Source: an uncultured Nitrosopumilaceae archaeon
GTDB lineage: Archaea > Thermoproteota > Nitrososphaeria > Nitrososphaerales > Nitrosopumilaceae
Assembly: GCA_964507355.1 (NCBI GenBank)
Contig: CAZDPM010000001.1
Coordinates: 1 to 54,299, forward strand
DNA length: 54,299 nucleotides
Direction: 5' to 3'
The notes beneath the pieces are model-generated. The model saw nothing but the letters and a program-made list of their open reading frames with translations, ran no database searches and was not told where the DNA came from. The stretch's first letter is position 1. Each line of letters starts with the position of its first letter. The translations under genes were made by a program, and so were the position numbers. This document shows positions 1-10,092 of the stretch, one piece after another.

Positions 1-466
1 TCATAAATCTACTACATCCTTGCCTAGTAATCTTTCTAATTGCAATTGCTGCATCGTCTGTAATTTTTACTTCTAAACCCGTGTACAGTCCTTCAGTTGC
101 TTCTCTAAAACAAACACAATCTAGTTTTCTATTTGGAGTTAATCTGTCATATGTTTTTGTTGGTCTAATGTTAGAGTATAATTCAAATCTTTGACGCAAT
201 GTAACAGCTACACTTCTTGGGGCATCCGGTACTGGTATTGTTGTTGTTGGTCCTTTAAAACATGCATCTGACTCTTCTAGGATCTTCATTGTTACATCTG
301 GAATGTATGATTTATCTTTTCTACCATTTTTGTCCCACTGCTCAGAACCTGCCTCGCAAAGAATTATTTCTGTTTGTGAATTACATTCTTTTAAAACTCT
401 GAGCATGGAATCTACGACTTCTGGACCTATTCCATCTCCTCTCATCACTGCAGCTTTTTTGCTCAA
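1..466 (-). CDS. Isocitrate/isopropylmalate dehydrogenase family protein, 5' part (runs off window)
   Basis: Own translation from TTG at 466: MSKKAAVMRGDGIGPEVV...CFKGPTTT...RSVAVTLRQRFELYSNIRP...CFREATEGLY; GDGIGPE and RE-x-TEGLY are IDH/IPMDH hallmarks. Confidence 0.9.
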   Translation of the reverse strand, partial: MSKKAAVMRGDGIGPEVVDSMLRVLKECNSQTEIILCEAGSEQWDKNGRKDKSYIPDVTMKILEESDACFKGPTTTIPVPDAPRSVAVTLRQRFELYSNIRPTKTYDRLTPNRKLDCVCFREATEGLYTGLEVKITDDAAIAIRKITRQGCSRFM

Positions 467-578
467 ATCTGCAAAAATTTGTGGTGTTTATTATTTAATT
501 CTACCTTGAGTTTGGAATTTTTTTCACATGTTTTCTATAAATATAGTTTATTAGCAGAATTTACTAAAATAAGAGGGA

Positions 579-1325
579 ATGCTTATTGTGCAAATTTCTG
601 ACCTTCATGTAGGATCTCAATTCCTTCAAAAAAAATTTGAGATACTTGTAGATGAAGTAAATCAACTTAATCCTGATGTGATAGTTGTTACCGGTGATCT
701 TACAAATGAAGGACTAATGCATGAATATGAAGAATGCAGATCATTATTGACAAAATTTAACACAAAAAAAATTATTACTATTAGTGGAAATCATGATTAT
801 AGAAACACTGGTTATCTTCTGTTCAAAAAATTTTTTCCATTTGAAGCAATAAATGAATTAAGTAGTGATGTAGTTTTGGTAACTTTAGGAACTGCTCGAC
901 CTGACAGAAATGAAGGTGAGGTAGGATACCGTCAGAACTTATGGCTTGAGAGAACCATGAAAAAATACAAAGATAAAGTAAAGATTTTAGCAATGCATCA
1001 TCACCTTATAGCAATTCCAGATACTGGCTCTGATCAATTAACTGTCGTTGATGCAGGAGATGTTTTGAGAACTATACTTGATACTGGAGTTGATCTTGTT
1101 TTATGTGGCCATAAACATCGTCCATGGGAATGGAATTTTGGAAAACTAATGGTCGTAAATGCAGGAACTGCTACATCCGAAAGAGTTAGAGGATTGTTTG
1201 AAAATACCTACAACATCATCACAATTTCCAATAAATCAATCAATGTTGAACTAAAAATTGTGGGTGGAAAAAGAATGGTTCTAGATGACATCGTGACTAA
1301 CTATCATCAATTTGGCGACGAATGA
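579..1325 (+). CDS. Calcineurin-like metallophosphoesterase (Icc/CpdA-like)
   Basis: SDLH, TGDL, GNHD, HHH, GHKH motifs. Confidence 0.9.
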   Translation: MLIVQISDLHVGSQFLQKKFEILVDEVNQLNPDVIVVTGDLTNEGLMHEYEECRSLLTKFNTKKIITISGNHDYRNTGYLLFKKFFPFEAINELSSDVVLVTLGTARPDRNEGEVGYRQNLWLERTMKKYKDKVKILAMHHHLIAIPDTGSDQLTVVDAGDVLRTILDTGVDLVLCGHKHRPWEWNFGKLMVVNAGTATSERVRGLFENTYNIITISNKSINVELKIVGGKRMVLDDIVTNYHQFGDE

Positions 1326-1550
1326 ATTTATTTACAGAAAATAGCAACTCTAAATATTTGAAAATCTCTTCTCTAAGAACTTATTCTATATAATGAGAAC
1401 ATAATCTATTAAACTAAATAAATTCTAAAAACTGTTCATTTTATTCTAGAACATTCAAAAATGTGTTATTAATTATGCTTTCTTTAGAATTGATAATAGC
1501 TTGAACTAATTTTATTGAGGTTTAAAAGGTAAAAATAAGTATAGATCTAC

Positions 1551-2444
1551 ATGTTACAAAAATATCAAATACACAGTTGCAATGAAAGTAAATTAATCAC
1601 AGACACAATTAATGGCGAAATTTTTTGTGCTAACTGTGGTACTGTAATAGAAGAAAAATTAGATAACCATAACGAAATACCGCTTCATAGTTTAGAAGAT
1701 TTTATGAGTAAGGGCCAAGTTGGTCCAAAGCAATCCCTTTCAATGTATGATAGGGGAATGTCATCTGTTATTGGAAAAGATAAAGATGCTACAGGCAAAT
1801 CATTAAGCTCATTTAACAAATCGAGATTTAATCGACTGAGAATATTAGATAGCAGAAGTAAAACAAAAAAATCATCAGAGAGAATACTTGTTAAATCTTT
1901 AACTTTTCTAAATGGATTAAAAGGAAAACTGGGCATTTCTGAGAATACAGTAGAAGTTACATCTTCATTATTTAGAAGGGCACAAAAACATCAATTAATC
2001 AGAGGCAGAAGTTCTAACGATTTGATGGCAGCCGCTTTGTATGTATCATGCAGACAAACTATGATTCCTAGGAGCCTTGAGGATATTTCTGAGACTGCCA
2101 ACATTTCAAAAAAACACCTGCAAAAATCAGTCAGGGTTTTAATTGAAGAATTTGGACTTGTATTGCCTCAATACAATATTTCCTCATTTCTGACAAAACT
2201 ATCCAACGAACTAGGCATTTCTGAAAAAACCAAACGTTATGCTTTGAATATATTATCTGATATTGAAAAATACGGTTCTACTGCGGGAAAGAATCCTATT
2301 GGACAGGCTGCCGCGTCATTATATCTAGCATCTATGCTAATGGGGGATAATATCTCTCAGAGTAAATTCTCTGAATTTTCAGGTGTATCTACTGTGACAC
2401 TGCGTAATAGAAAAAACACAATACAGAAATTATTAAAATTGTAA
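1551..2444 (+). CDS. tfb: Transcription initiation factor IIB (TFB) paralog
   Basis: N-terminal Zn ribbon (GEIFCANCG), cyclin repeats with RGRS..AAALY and GKNP..AAASLY. Confidence 0.92.
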   Translation: MLQKYQIHSCNESKLITDTINGEIFCANCGTVIEEKLDNHNEIPLHSLEDFMSKGQVGPKQSLSMYDRGMSSVIGKDKDATGKSLSSFNKSRFNRLRILDSRSKTKKSSERILVKSLTFLNGLKGKLGISENTVEVTSSLFRRAQKHQLIRGRSSNDLMAAALYVSCRQTMIPRSLEDISETANISKKHLQKSVRVLIEEFGLVLPQYNISSFLTKLSNELGISEKTKRYALNILSDIEKYGSTAGKNPIGQAAASLYLASMLMGDNISQSKFSEFSGVSTVTLRNRKNTIQKLLKL

Positions 2445-2512
2445 TTTTTTTTATTTTAGATATAACGCATATCTCAATAAAGTTCATCACTTAATTCATC
2501 TGTCATGTGTTT

Positions 2513-2758
2513 CTAATTTAGATCATACCAAGTCTTACCATCATCATAACTAACTCTGACGTTTTTTGTTTCAGGTTCTGACGTGATATTTTTAGATACA
2601 TTATTCTTTATTTGAAGTTCTAGATCATCTTCATAAGCATCAATTCCTAACTTGATTAACTCCCTTAGGCTTTCTGACATACATTGACCATCATTATTGC
2701 ACATCTCTTGAAACTTTTCAAAGTCACGTTTGTCCAATTTTGTAGATACTGTTTTCAT
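2513..2758 (-). CDS. Ribbon-helix-helix (CopG-like) DNA-binding protein
   Basis: MKTVSTKLD...F...C...G..MSESLRELIK pattern. Confidence 0.65.
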   Translation of the reverse strand: MKTVSTKLDKRDFEKFQEMCNNDGQCMSESLRELIKLGIDAYEDDLELQIKNNVSKNITSEPETKNVRVSYDDGKTWYDLN

Positions 2759-2817
2759 AGGGTACTCTAGGTATTACTCAGCTAAAAGACTTACGTTTAC
2801 TCATAATTGACTTCGAA

Positions 2818-2845
2818 TAGACTGGTAAACCAGTAGACCGGTAAA
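2818..2845. promoter_or_regulatory. Dyad/direct-repeat site between RHH gene and tRNA (candidate operator)
   Basis: ACTGGT-AA-ACCAGT (2821-2834); TAGACTGGTAAA (2818) and TAGACCGGTAAA (2834). Confidence 0.4.
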
Positions 2846-2896
2846 TAATATCAGAAAAAGTTTGACTTATTTACAGATTAATTCAAGGCAATCTGT

Positions 2897-2983
2897 GCGG
2901 GGATCGCCTAGCTTGGTAGGGCGTGGGATTGCTAATCCCATGTCAGCAATGACTCGTGGGTTCAAATCCCTCTCCCCGCGCCA
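2897..2983 (+). tRNA. tRNA-Ser(GCT)
   Basis: Acceptor GCGGGGA/TCCCCGC, anticodon arm TGGGA-TTGCTAA-TCCCA, long variable arm GTCA-GCAA-TGAC, TTCAAAT loop, discriminator G, encoded CCA. Confidence 0.96.
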
Positions 2984-3026
2984 TAGAATTCATAATCAAA
3001 ATGAGAAATGTTCTCTTTGCTGGTAT

Positions 3027-3040
3027 ATGGCATGCCACAA
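3027..3040. promoter_or_regulatory. GGCATGCCACAA motif copy 1 (candidate operator)
   Basis: ATGGCATGCCACAA; identical reverse complement at 6525-6538, 12-bp copy at 9708-9719. Confidence 0.55.
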
Positions 3041-3193
3041 AAAAATAATTATACAATAATACAATTAATTTGACAAATTAAATACGAACATACACAAAAC
3101 CAAAGAAATCAATTGTAGATCAACATTTCTTACAGATCCTGATGTTTTACCTCCTGTAATCGTTAGTTTTTGTTCAAATTTTTTTAAAGTGAT

Positions 3194-3775
3194 TTGATGA
3201 AAACTAACCAGAATCTAAGCCGATTGGGAGTTTTTTCCATTCTTTTACTCTTGGTACCTATGAGCATTATCCCATTATCTTTTGCCGAAGTAAAAATTGA
3301 TGAAAAAATATGTAAGGAAATGTATGTTCGGTACAAGGATCTAGGAAATCAGAAATTTCAAGAAAAATATAAAGATAGACAATCTATATACAATTGTATA
3401 AAACTTTACAAAAATTCCGATTGGAATTTTGTAGGTAAAAGCAAAATTGACAAATATTATTCAAATCTTGAATTATTATCTTATAATATGGGTAAAAAAG
3501 CAGATGTGAAGATATTGTATTCTATTTCTACAAACTCTGAAAAGTTTTTAGTTAAATTCAAAGCATGTGCAGATACCACCATTCTAAAACCTTCTTTTCT
3601 AATACAGTCAAAGTCTGAACAATATATCGGGATCACAGACAAGATTCTAAAAAAGGACACATGTAATGATTACAGAACCTATGTAAACGCTAAATATCGA
3701 TCAGATATAAAAATAGAAAATATTTTAGATTTATCAAATTACAAACATGTTAAATCTGGTAATCTTCGAATTTAA
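3194..3775 (+). CDS. Secreted protein with Cys-pair domain
   Basis: Signal peptide ending SFA; VKFKACA...P...S..E...C motif shared with 3826 and 10089 ORFs. Confidence 0.75.
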   Translation: MMKTNQNLSRLGVFSILLLLVPMSIIPLSFAEVKIDEKICKEMYVRYKDLGNQKFQEKYKDRQSIYNCIKLYKNSDWNFVGKSKIDKYYSNLELLSYNMGKKADVKILYSISTNSEKFLVKFKACADTTILKPSFLIQSKSEQYIGITDKILKKDTCNDYRTYVNAKYRSDIKIENILDLSNYKHVKSGNLRI

Positions 3776-3825
3776 TTCTCTTAAACTCATTATTTTTTAC
3801 TTGAATTAATTTTTCAAACAAAAAG

Positions 3826-5109
3826 TTATTCAGTACTCAAAATTTTATATTTTAATGATTTTGTATGCAAAATATCTTCTCTTAATTTTATGATGTTCTG
3901 TGATATGTCATCTACTTTTTGTGCAAAGTCCATAGGACGAGGTTTGATATTAATTAAATCATTAAGAGATCTTTTTACTTCTGAGAATTGTTTATTTAAT
4001 TCATCTAGTTTTTTATCTAAATCATCTATCTGTTGGGCTTTTGCACCACTATCTTGGTATCTTATTTGGATGGTATTTGGATCACTGGCACTTATCTTAG
4101 TTCCAGAAATTAAACAAGAATTTGGAGATATTTTATCGCCTAATTGAGTTGTCTTTGATTCTAAATCTGAACTTATTGTAATGATAGGAATTCTCAAAAT
4201 TTCTTTTCCTGAACAAGCTTCAAATGCAATATCATAATTATTTTTTATTGGATTGTCATATTTTGAAATAATTTTAACAGTCATTCCTTCTGATGCTTTT
4301 CGTACAGTTGGTGGTGGTATTTTTAAAGTATCTTTAGTAGTTGTAGGTGTAAGATTCAATGATAATAGATATGAATTAAGTTCATCACGTACATCATTAA
4401 TCTGTTTTCTAAGTTTGGAAATTTGTTCAATTGTTGAGCTTACTTCTGGCGCTTTTTCAGATTTATTCTTAATTGATTCTGAAAGATTTTTTCTTTGAGT
4501 TTCAAGATCAAGTTGTAAATTGTTAATGGTTAATGTTAAATCATTAATTTTTTGAGAAACTGTACCCTTGTTGACTAACTGTATTGATATTGATTCTGGA
4601 TTACTAGATTGAATTTGTCCTACAGATATTTGGCATGATTTTGCTTCAACACTATTTGCAAGATGGATCTGTTTTTTCTCAATATTTGATTTAAGTTCAA
4701 TTACTGGGGATTCGATAGATTGCGATATAGAACAAATATTGAATATCACATCATATACTGGAATCTGTGATTTACCAGTTTTTGAAAGGGATTGAATAGT
4801 GGATTCTATTTTAACAGAACCAACCTCTTGAAATGTTGTTTTTTCTTTCTTTTCAAATTGCTTTAGATCAAAATCTGCAATCATGTATTTTTGTACTAAT
4901 TTTTTTACTGATGAAATTTTTATGCAGGAAGGTGTTTCATGTTTTAGTAGATACACACGTATGAATCCTTCTTTGCATGAAATATCTTCTAAATCAATCC
5001 CAAAAGATAACTGCTTTTTTGGTGATACCACGTCAGCATATGACGTTGAAAATAATAGCCCTGCAACAATAAATCCTACAACAATTAGAAATAATATCTT
5101 TAAATCCAA
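3826..5109 (-). CDS. Secreted protein: SPxKQ domain + two (Cys-pair domain + coiled coil) repeats
   Basis: Signal peptide; SPKKQ..G....I.C..G; internal duplication FNIC..P.I.L.S..E..C / FEAC..P.I.I.S..E..C each followed by heptads. Confidence 0.8.
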   Translation of the reverse strand: MDLKILFLIVVGFIVAGLLFSTSYADVVSPKKQLSFGIDLEDISCKEGFIRVYLLKHETPSCIKISSVKKLVQKYMIADFDLKQFEKKEKTTFQEVGSVKIESTIQSLSKTGKSQIPVYDVIFNICSISQSIESPVIELKSNIEKKQIHLANSVEAKSCQISVGQIQSSNPESISIQLVNKGTVSQKINDLTLTINNLQLDLETQRKNLSESIKNKSEKAPEVSSTIEQISKLRKQINDVRDELNSYLLSLNLTPTTTKDTLKIPPPTVRKASEGMTVKIISKYDNPIKNNYDIAFEACSGKEILRIPIITISSDLESKTTQLGDKISPNSCLISGTKISASDPNTIQIRYQDSGAKAQQIDDLDKKLDELNKQFSEVKRSLNDLINIKPRPMDFAQKVDDISQNIIKLREDILHTKSLKYKILSTE

Positions 5110-5186
5110 TATCTTCTAATACTTTGTTTGATTATTAAAAGTTACATTTCAATTAACTGTGTATGATTTTTACTAGTATAAATTAT

Positions 5187-6200
5187 CTAAGTTTGAATTA
5201 TAATTATCTTTTTTTCAATAAGAAACTGCAATCCGAGTAAAAAATCCTCTTCTGTAATTGTTTCATTTGAATACCATGTTGCTGTATTCTTAAACCATGA
5301 TGGAATATTATTATCTGAATTCTTTGTTTTTATTATGTCATCGCTAAGTAGAATTATCTTTTTTTGAATTAGTTCTGTAATTCCTGAAGTAAATTGAGAA
5401 TCAGTTATTTCTCCTGTGGACCACAGTTGAACGTATTGTTTAATCCAGCTTGGAATTGATGGTTTAGTTTTTTCAGACATACCCACAATATCATAAATTG
5501 TATTGTCTGGAAATTGTGAGTCAAACCATACTCTAAATCGAGGTTCATTTGAATACCTATCCACATAATATTGTGGCGATAAATCATAATCTGGAAATCC
5601 TGAAATGTTGGTTAACTTGTAGCCTACTAATTCCTGGATTTGATGTTCTGGGTATGAAGTGTCAAATAATTTTTTAAAATCTAAATCGGTATTGTACAGG
5701 TTAATGTAGTAATTTGGAGAAAGTGTAGGATCTGGAAAATCTACTATTGAAATCTTTGGTTTGAGTTTTTGAGATTGATTATTTTCTTTAATCTGTTTTG
5801 ATTGTTCAGATTCATTTTTTTCTGATTTGCTAACAGTCAAAAAACCAAAGTTCTTCTCAAATTTTTCATCTCCATATGAAATAATTACAGCATATGTTCC
5901 CGACTGTGTCCATTTGGGACCTATTGCATCAAAGTTTGCTGAAAAAGATCCTGATTTTAAAGGGAAAAACTGTTTTATTGCAACTATGTCTGAAATACTA
6001 CGAACTTGAATTACTATTGGTATATTTTCTTCAAAAACAACTTTTCCTGAAATTTTAATTTTATCTCCAATTATGTATGATTTTTTATCTAAATTGATAG
6101 ATGATTCTGCAAAACTGGTTATTGGATATATTATAATTCCAATTACTAAAAGCAATGTAAAAATAAACTTCATGCTAAACATATCTTTTTTATTTTTCAT
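5187..6200 (-). CDS. Secreted thaumarchaeal cell-surface protein with two IPSW(I/F)K repeats
   Basis: Signal peptide, Ig-like N-terminus, duplicated FPD..LSP.YY, C-terminal IPSWIK..W..G.I.D..F..GI..LI twice. Confidence 0.8.
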   Translation of the reverse strand: MKNKKDMFSMKFIFTLLLVIGIIIYPITSFAESSINLDKKSYIIGDKIKISGKVVFEENIPIVIQVRSISDIVAIKQFFPLKSGSFSANFDAIGPKWTQSGTYAVIISYGDEKFEKNFGFLTVSKSEKNESEQSKQIKENNQSQKLKPKISIVDFPDPTLSPNYYINLYNTDLDFKKLFDTSYPEHQIQELVGYKLTNISGFPDYDLSPQYYVDRYSNEPRFRVWFDSQFPDNTIYDIVGMSEKTKPSIPSWIKQYVQLWSTGEITDSQFTSGITELIQKKIILLSDDIIKTKNSDNNIPSWFKNTATWYSNETITEEDFLLGLQFLIEKKIIIIQT

Positions 6201-6414
6201 ATGAAACCATGCCTGAAATATTTGTTGTGAATACAGTGAACGATTTTGCTTGATCTGATATTGTATTCATGCCTAGTGTTGTATAATTTCTGATAAGTGG
6301 TTTGATAATGACTTTGTCTAAACTTAAAATAAGAAACACCGCAACAATTACGATGATACATACTAAAATTGTTAACACATACATGTTTTTTGATTCCATA
6401 CTCTGAATCAACAT
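6190..6414 (-). CDS. Small single-TM protein
   Basis: One hydrophobic helix; overlaps start of downstream gene; start uncertain. Confidence 0.45.
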   Translation of the reverse strand: MLIQSMESKNMYVLTILVCIIVIVAVFLILSLDKVIIKPLIRNYTTLGMNTISDQAKSFTVFTTNISGMVSYEK

Positions 6415-6524
6415 TTTCTATTTTTATCAAAATCATATATTAGATTAAATTCTAAAATGGACTTTTTCTGGATTTTTCCCATAAATTTGCTTTTGTTGAT
6501 TATTATATGGTTATACATATTTCA

Positions 6525-6538
6525 TTGTGGCATGCCAT
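6525..6538. promoter_or_regulatory. GGCATGCCACAA motif copy 2, overlapping ATG 6532
   Basis: TTGTGGCATGCCAT is the reverse complement of 3027-3040. Confidence 0.55.
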
Positions 6539-7377
6539 CGATAAAAGAACAAGGTGCAGTTTATGGAAATCTAGCGGCATACAAACAATATACTCGTCCT
6601 ACAGCCCATCGTATTTTTGGACAATATTCATACCGAAATAGAAAAGGGCCAAAACACCATGAAAATATTCAAAGATTACTTGAGATTTTAGCAATAAATG
6701 GTAAACTCACTACATGGGGTATGGCAAAAACACATCTCTCAGATTCTACAAACATACGGACTCAAGAAAAAGACTATCGACGACTATTAGTTGGAAGAAT
6801 GGCTCGTGGAAAACATACTATGGGTTTACTTGATGTTGGTTTAGTAGTAAAAGATGGCAAAAATATTCAAAAGGCTCCTTCTGATATTTACCGATTATCT
6901 CTTCATGGGATCCTTTATTGTCTTGATGTAATGAATTTATCAGAAAAAGATATTCAAAAGATGGCAGAAAAATATGCTGATATATTGCCACAAATTTTTG
7001 GAAAATGGAATTATATAAAATCTATTCTAGGAAATGATACGGACAGATTAAAGACATTGGCATCTGGAATGTTTATGGATAATATTCAGATTTCTAATAT
7101 GACATCTCTGCCCATTTATGAATTGATGACATACATAACTGTAAAATACCAAAATAATTTTGAGCAGATTAACGAAGAAGATCTTGCAGACCAAATATCG
7201 TATTGGTTTTACACTAATCTTTTGATCTTTTCTAAGAGATCAAATAATAATACTAAGCAATGGAAAAAATTACTTGATAATGATCCTGACTTAAAAAAAT
7301 GGTACTACAAATTTGTTGATGAAGCCATATTGTTTTATACAAATAGATTCAAGCAGATAAAAAAGCTTAAATCTTAA
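6532..7377 (+). CDS. Putative winged-helix transcription regulator (ORF track start 6457; ATG 6532 preferred)
   Basis: RLLEILAINGKLTTWGMAK helix pattern, GLV...G wing, YRLS; convergent with the two-component pair; motif overlaps its ATG. Confidence 0.6.
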   Translation: MPSIKEQGAVYGNLAAYKQYTRPTAHRIFGQYSYRNRKGPKHHENIQRLLEILAINGKLTTWGMAKTHLSDSTNIRTQEKDYRRLLVGRMARGKHTMGLLDVGLVVKDGKNIQKAPSDIYRLSLHGILYCLDVMNLSEKDIQKMAEKYADILPQIFGKWNYIKSILGNDTDRLKTLASGMFMDNIQISNMTSLPIYELMTYITVKYQNNFEQINEEDLADQISYWFYTNLLIFSKRSNNNTKQWKKLLDNDPDLKKWYYKFVDEAILFYTNRFKQIKKLKS

Positions 7378-7739
7378 ATATTTTTTGAGATAATATTTTC
7401 AAGCTGTTCAATAGTGTATGGTTTTGAAATTGTATCAATTAGGTTGAGACTTTTTGCTTTACTATGTTTTTTTTCATCATGTGCATAAGCAGTAATTAAA
7501 ATAACTTTAGCATTGTTATCAAATTGTTTAATCTTAAAAAACGCGTCATATCCGTCCATGATGGGCATTCTTACATCCATTAGAACCAGATTAGGACTTG
7601 TTTCTTTGTATTTTTGAACAGCTCCAACGCCATTTTGAGCCATAATTACATCATATCCTGCACTTTTAATCAAAAAGACCGTATTTTCTAAGAGATCTAC
7701 ATCATCATCCACAATGAGAATAACCTTTTTTTTATCCAT
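7374..7739 (-). CDS. Stand-alone response regulator receiver (CheY-like)
   Basis: ILIVDDD, LMDVRMP..DG, ITA, KPY. Confidence 0.95.
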   Translation of the reverse strand: MDKKKVILIVDDDVDLLENTVFLIKSAGYDVIMAQNGVGAVQKYKETSPNLVLMDVRMPIMDGYDAFFKIKQFDNNAKVILITAYAHDEKKHSKAKSLNLIDTISKPYTIEQLENIISKNI

Positions 7740-7772
7740 TTACACAACATGTTGGTTTTCTGTTAAAATCTT

Positions 7773-9659
7773 TTACTGATTCTTTATCTTTTTTGGAAGT
7801 ATTATTGTAAACGTGGTTGGATTATTATGAGCTGAGATAGTTCCTCCATGTTGTTCTATGATATTTTTACAAGATGAAAGACCTAATCCTGTTCCTTTTT
7901 CTTTGGTTGTGAAAAGTGGTTCAAACACTTTTTCTAATATTTCTGATGGTATTTTTGGTCCAGAATCCGATATTTCTATTTTGATATTGTCCTCTATGAT
8001 CTGTGATTTTATGTCTATACGTCCTTCTACATTACCAATTGCCTGAATTGCATTTAAAATGATATTTGTAAAAACAGTTTCTAGTTTTTTTACATCACAT
8101 AAAATTGTGAAATCTGAATCTGTTATTTTTAATTTAATATTATTTGGTACTTCCAGGGAATCAATTGACTCGTTTATGATGTCTGTTATTCTTTTTTCAG
8201 ATAAATTCAACGGGGTGGTTCGTACAAAATTTAAAACATCATCTATTTGATGTGACATGCGGAATATAGCTCTATCCATTCTTTGCATCGCCTTTTCTAT
8301 TTCAGGATCTGCGTTGATTACCTGTTTTTGAATTATTGTTGCTGACGTCTTAATTGTGGCAAGCGGGTTTTTTAGATCATGCGCCATGCTTGCTGAAAGC
8401 TGGCCAATCGCTCCTAATCTTTCATTTTTCATCATTGCATGTGATTCAGCTAATTTTTTTTCAGTTTCAATTAATTTTTTAAGAGATTGGCCCATTGAAT
8501 TAAATGAATTACCAATCATATTGATTTCCATAATTTTAGAACCTTTGAAATTTGAGTCAAAATCTCCTCTTGAGAATTGTTTTGCCATTTTACTTAACAA
8601 GCGTAATGGATTTGAAATAAAATATGATAAAATAAGCCCAATCATTACTGATGATACCATTCCCAAAATCGATATTACAAGGAAAGAATTTTTCAGATCA
8701 ACAAATTCTTCAGTAAATGAAGAACTAGATTGGTCAACTACTGATGTCCATCCAAAACCTTCAAACTGCTTGTACCCTGTAGATTTTGCATATGAGATGA
8801 AAATAGGTTCATCTGGATTATCCGAAACGTTTACAGTTCCTACATCCTTCAAAGGTTGAATTGAATCAAAATAAGGAACAGCTTGAGATTCTCTAAAATC
8901 TTGAATTCCATTTGAGTATACTATTTGCCCTTTTTCATTAATTAATAATATTGATCTGTTTTGCAGATTAAGAATTTCTGCATCATTGATAAATTCATGA
9001 ATTAAATCATTTAACGTTAATGACACTCTAAGTATTCCTAAAAATTCTCCATTTTGATCATCTATTTTCAAACCTACTGTTATGATATAATTTTTGGTTT
9101 TTTCATCATATTCTGTTTCTCCTACGTAGATGCCTTTTGATTTTGATTCAAGCCACCATTTTTCATCATCATGTCTATACTCTGACGTTTCAGAATCTAT
9201 TGCAACGTTTTCACCATAGATATTTGTAATATATAATTCTGATACAACATCATAATCATATTCCGACTTATAGAAATTGATTACATCAGTTAATTCCGAT
9301 ATCAATTCAGTATTTACAGTTGATGAAATAAATGGTTGATTTTCAATAATAGTTAGAGGATCATGTTCTTTCATTATTTTTTGCACTTGCTGTCTATGAA
9401 CAAACTCCTGATTAGATTTCATTAATGATTCTTGAATTATCGGAAGTTTTGTCAGCTGTCTAAAGTCTTCAATTCTTTTATCTGTATACTCATCAAGATC
9501 TTGCATCATATTAAATGCAAATCCTTCATTTCTTGTTGTAAGTAACTTATTTACCTCTTGAATAGATATTGAAAAAGAATAATACCCATAAATTCCAAAA
9601 ATTAGAAAAATTCCAAATGTTCCAATAATTAACATTGTAGATAATTTCAATGAATTCAC
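7773..9659 (-). CDS. Membrane sensor histidine kinase (TM-Cache-like-TM-HAMP-HisKA-HATPase)
   Basis: Two TM helices, AHDLKNPL, NIILNAIQA, DSGP, FEPLFTTK, GTGLGL. Confidence 0.95.
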   Translation of the reverse strand: MNSLKLSTMLIIGTFGIFLIFGIYGYYSFSISIQEVNKLLTTRNEGFAFNMMQDLDEYTDKRIEDFRQLTKLPIIQESLMKSNQEFVHRQQVQKIMKEHDPLTIIENQPFISSTVNTELISELTDVINFYKSEYDYDVVSELYITNIYGENVAIDSETSEYRHDDEKWWLESKSKGIYVGETEYDEKTKNYIITVGLKIDDQNGEFLGILRVSLTLNDLIHEFINDAEILNLQNRSILLINEKGQIVYSNGIQDFRESQAVPYFDSIQPLKDVGTVNVSDNPDEPIFISYAKSTGYKQFEGFGWTSVVDQSSSSFTEEFVDLKNSFLVISILGMVSSVMIGLILSYFISNPLRLLSKMAKQFSRGDFDSNFKGSKIMEINMIGNSFNSMGQSLKKLIETEKKLAESHAMMKNERLGAIGQLSASMAHDLKNPLATIKTSATIIQKQVINADPEIEKAMQRMDRAIFRMSHQIDDVLNFVRTTPLNLSEKRITDIINESIDSLEVPNNIKLKITDSDFTILCDVKKLETVFTNIILNAIQAIGNVEGRIDIKSQIIEDNIKIEISDSGPKIPSEILEKVFEPLFTTKEKGTGLGLSSCKNIIEQHGGTISAHNNPTTFTIILPKKIKNQ

Positions 9660-9707
9660 ATCAAGTCATTCAGTGATTTAAACTGTTTTAAAAATAATCT
9701 AAATTAA

Positions 9708-9719
9708 GGCATGCCACAA
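9708..9719. promoter_or_regulatory. GGCATGCCACAA motif copy 3 in divergent promoter
   Basis: Exact 12-mer between kinase start (9659) and ORF 9748. Confidence 0.55.
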
Positions 9720-9747
9720 ATCCTAAGTTATTATCTAATAACAAACT

Positions 9748-10092
9748 GTGAAATATGATTTAATGAGTCACATAGAAGAACCAAATCAAAGCCTGATTTC
9801 AAATAATTGTCATCCCCCCCATTTACCAGGCCCTACTGCATTTGAAAACAGACTCGAAAACAATTTGGTTTCTTCTAATTTCTCATGTAATTTTTTGTAT
9901 GCATGTGAAAACTGTGATGGTCCTTTGGCCCCTATAGCTGTATGCTTAGTTTGTAAAAGAGCATGTATTAGAAAATGTCTTCATTGCCAAAGGATCATCA
10001 TCACAGGTACCCATTTATCATGCGATACTTTGATTTCTTTTGCAAAGAACAAAATTCATACTCGTCAAATCTCTAAGGTGGTGAATTTATGA
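9748..10092 (+). CDS. Cys-rich Zn-binding protein
   Basis: CENC, CLVC, CLHC, HLSC; ATGA-type overlap with next gene; start uncertain. Confidence 0.6.
   Translation: MKYDLMSHIEEPNQSLISNNCHPPHLPGPTAFENRLENNLVSSNFSCNFLYACENCDGPLAPIAVCLVCKRACIRKCLHCQRIIITGTHLSCDTLISFAKNKIHTRQISKVVNL

Noticed and set aside
303-509. 68-aa + strand ORF
   Set aside because: Antisense shadow of the dehydrogenase gene on the - strand
2955-2983. tRNA-Ser 3' end as att site of the integrase
   Set aside because: No second copy seen in the window, and it is 8 kb from the integrase; a copy outside the window cannot be excluded
2862-3059. 65-aa ORF
   Set aside because: Overlaps tRNA-Ser
6457-6531. Apparent N-terminal TM on the wHTH-like protein
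   Set aside because: Likely AT-rich promoter DNA read in frame; ATG 6532 has a TATA-like box upstream
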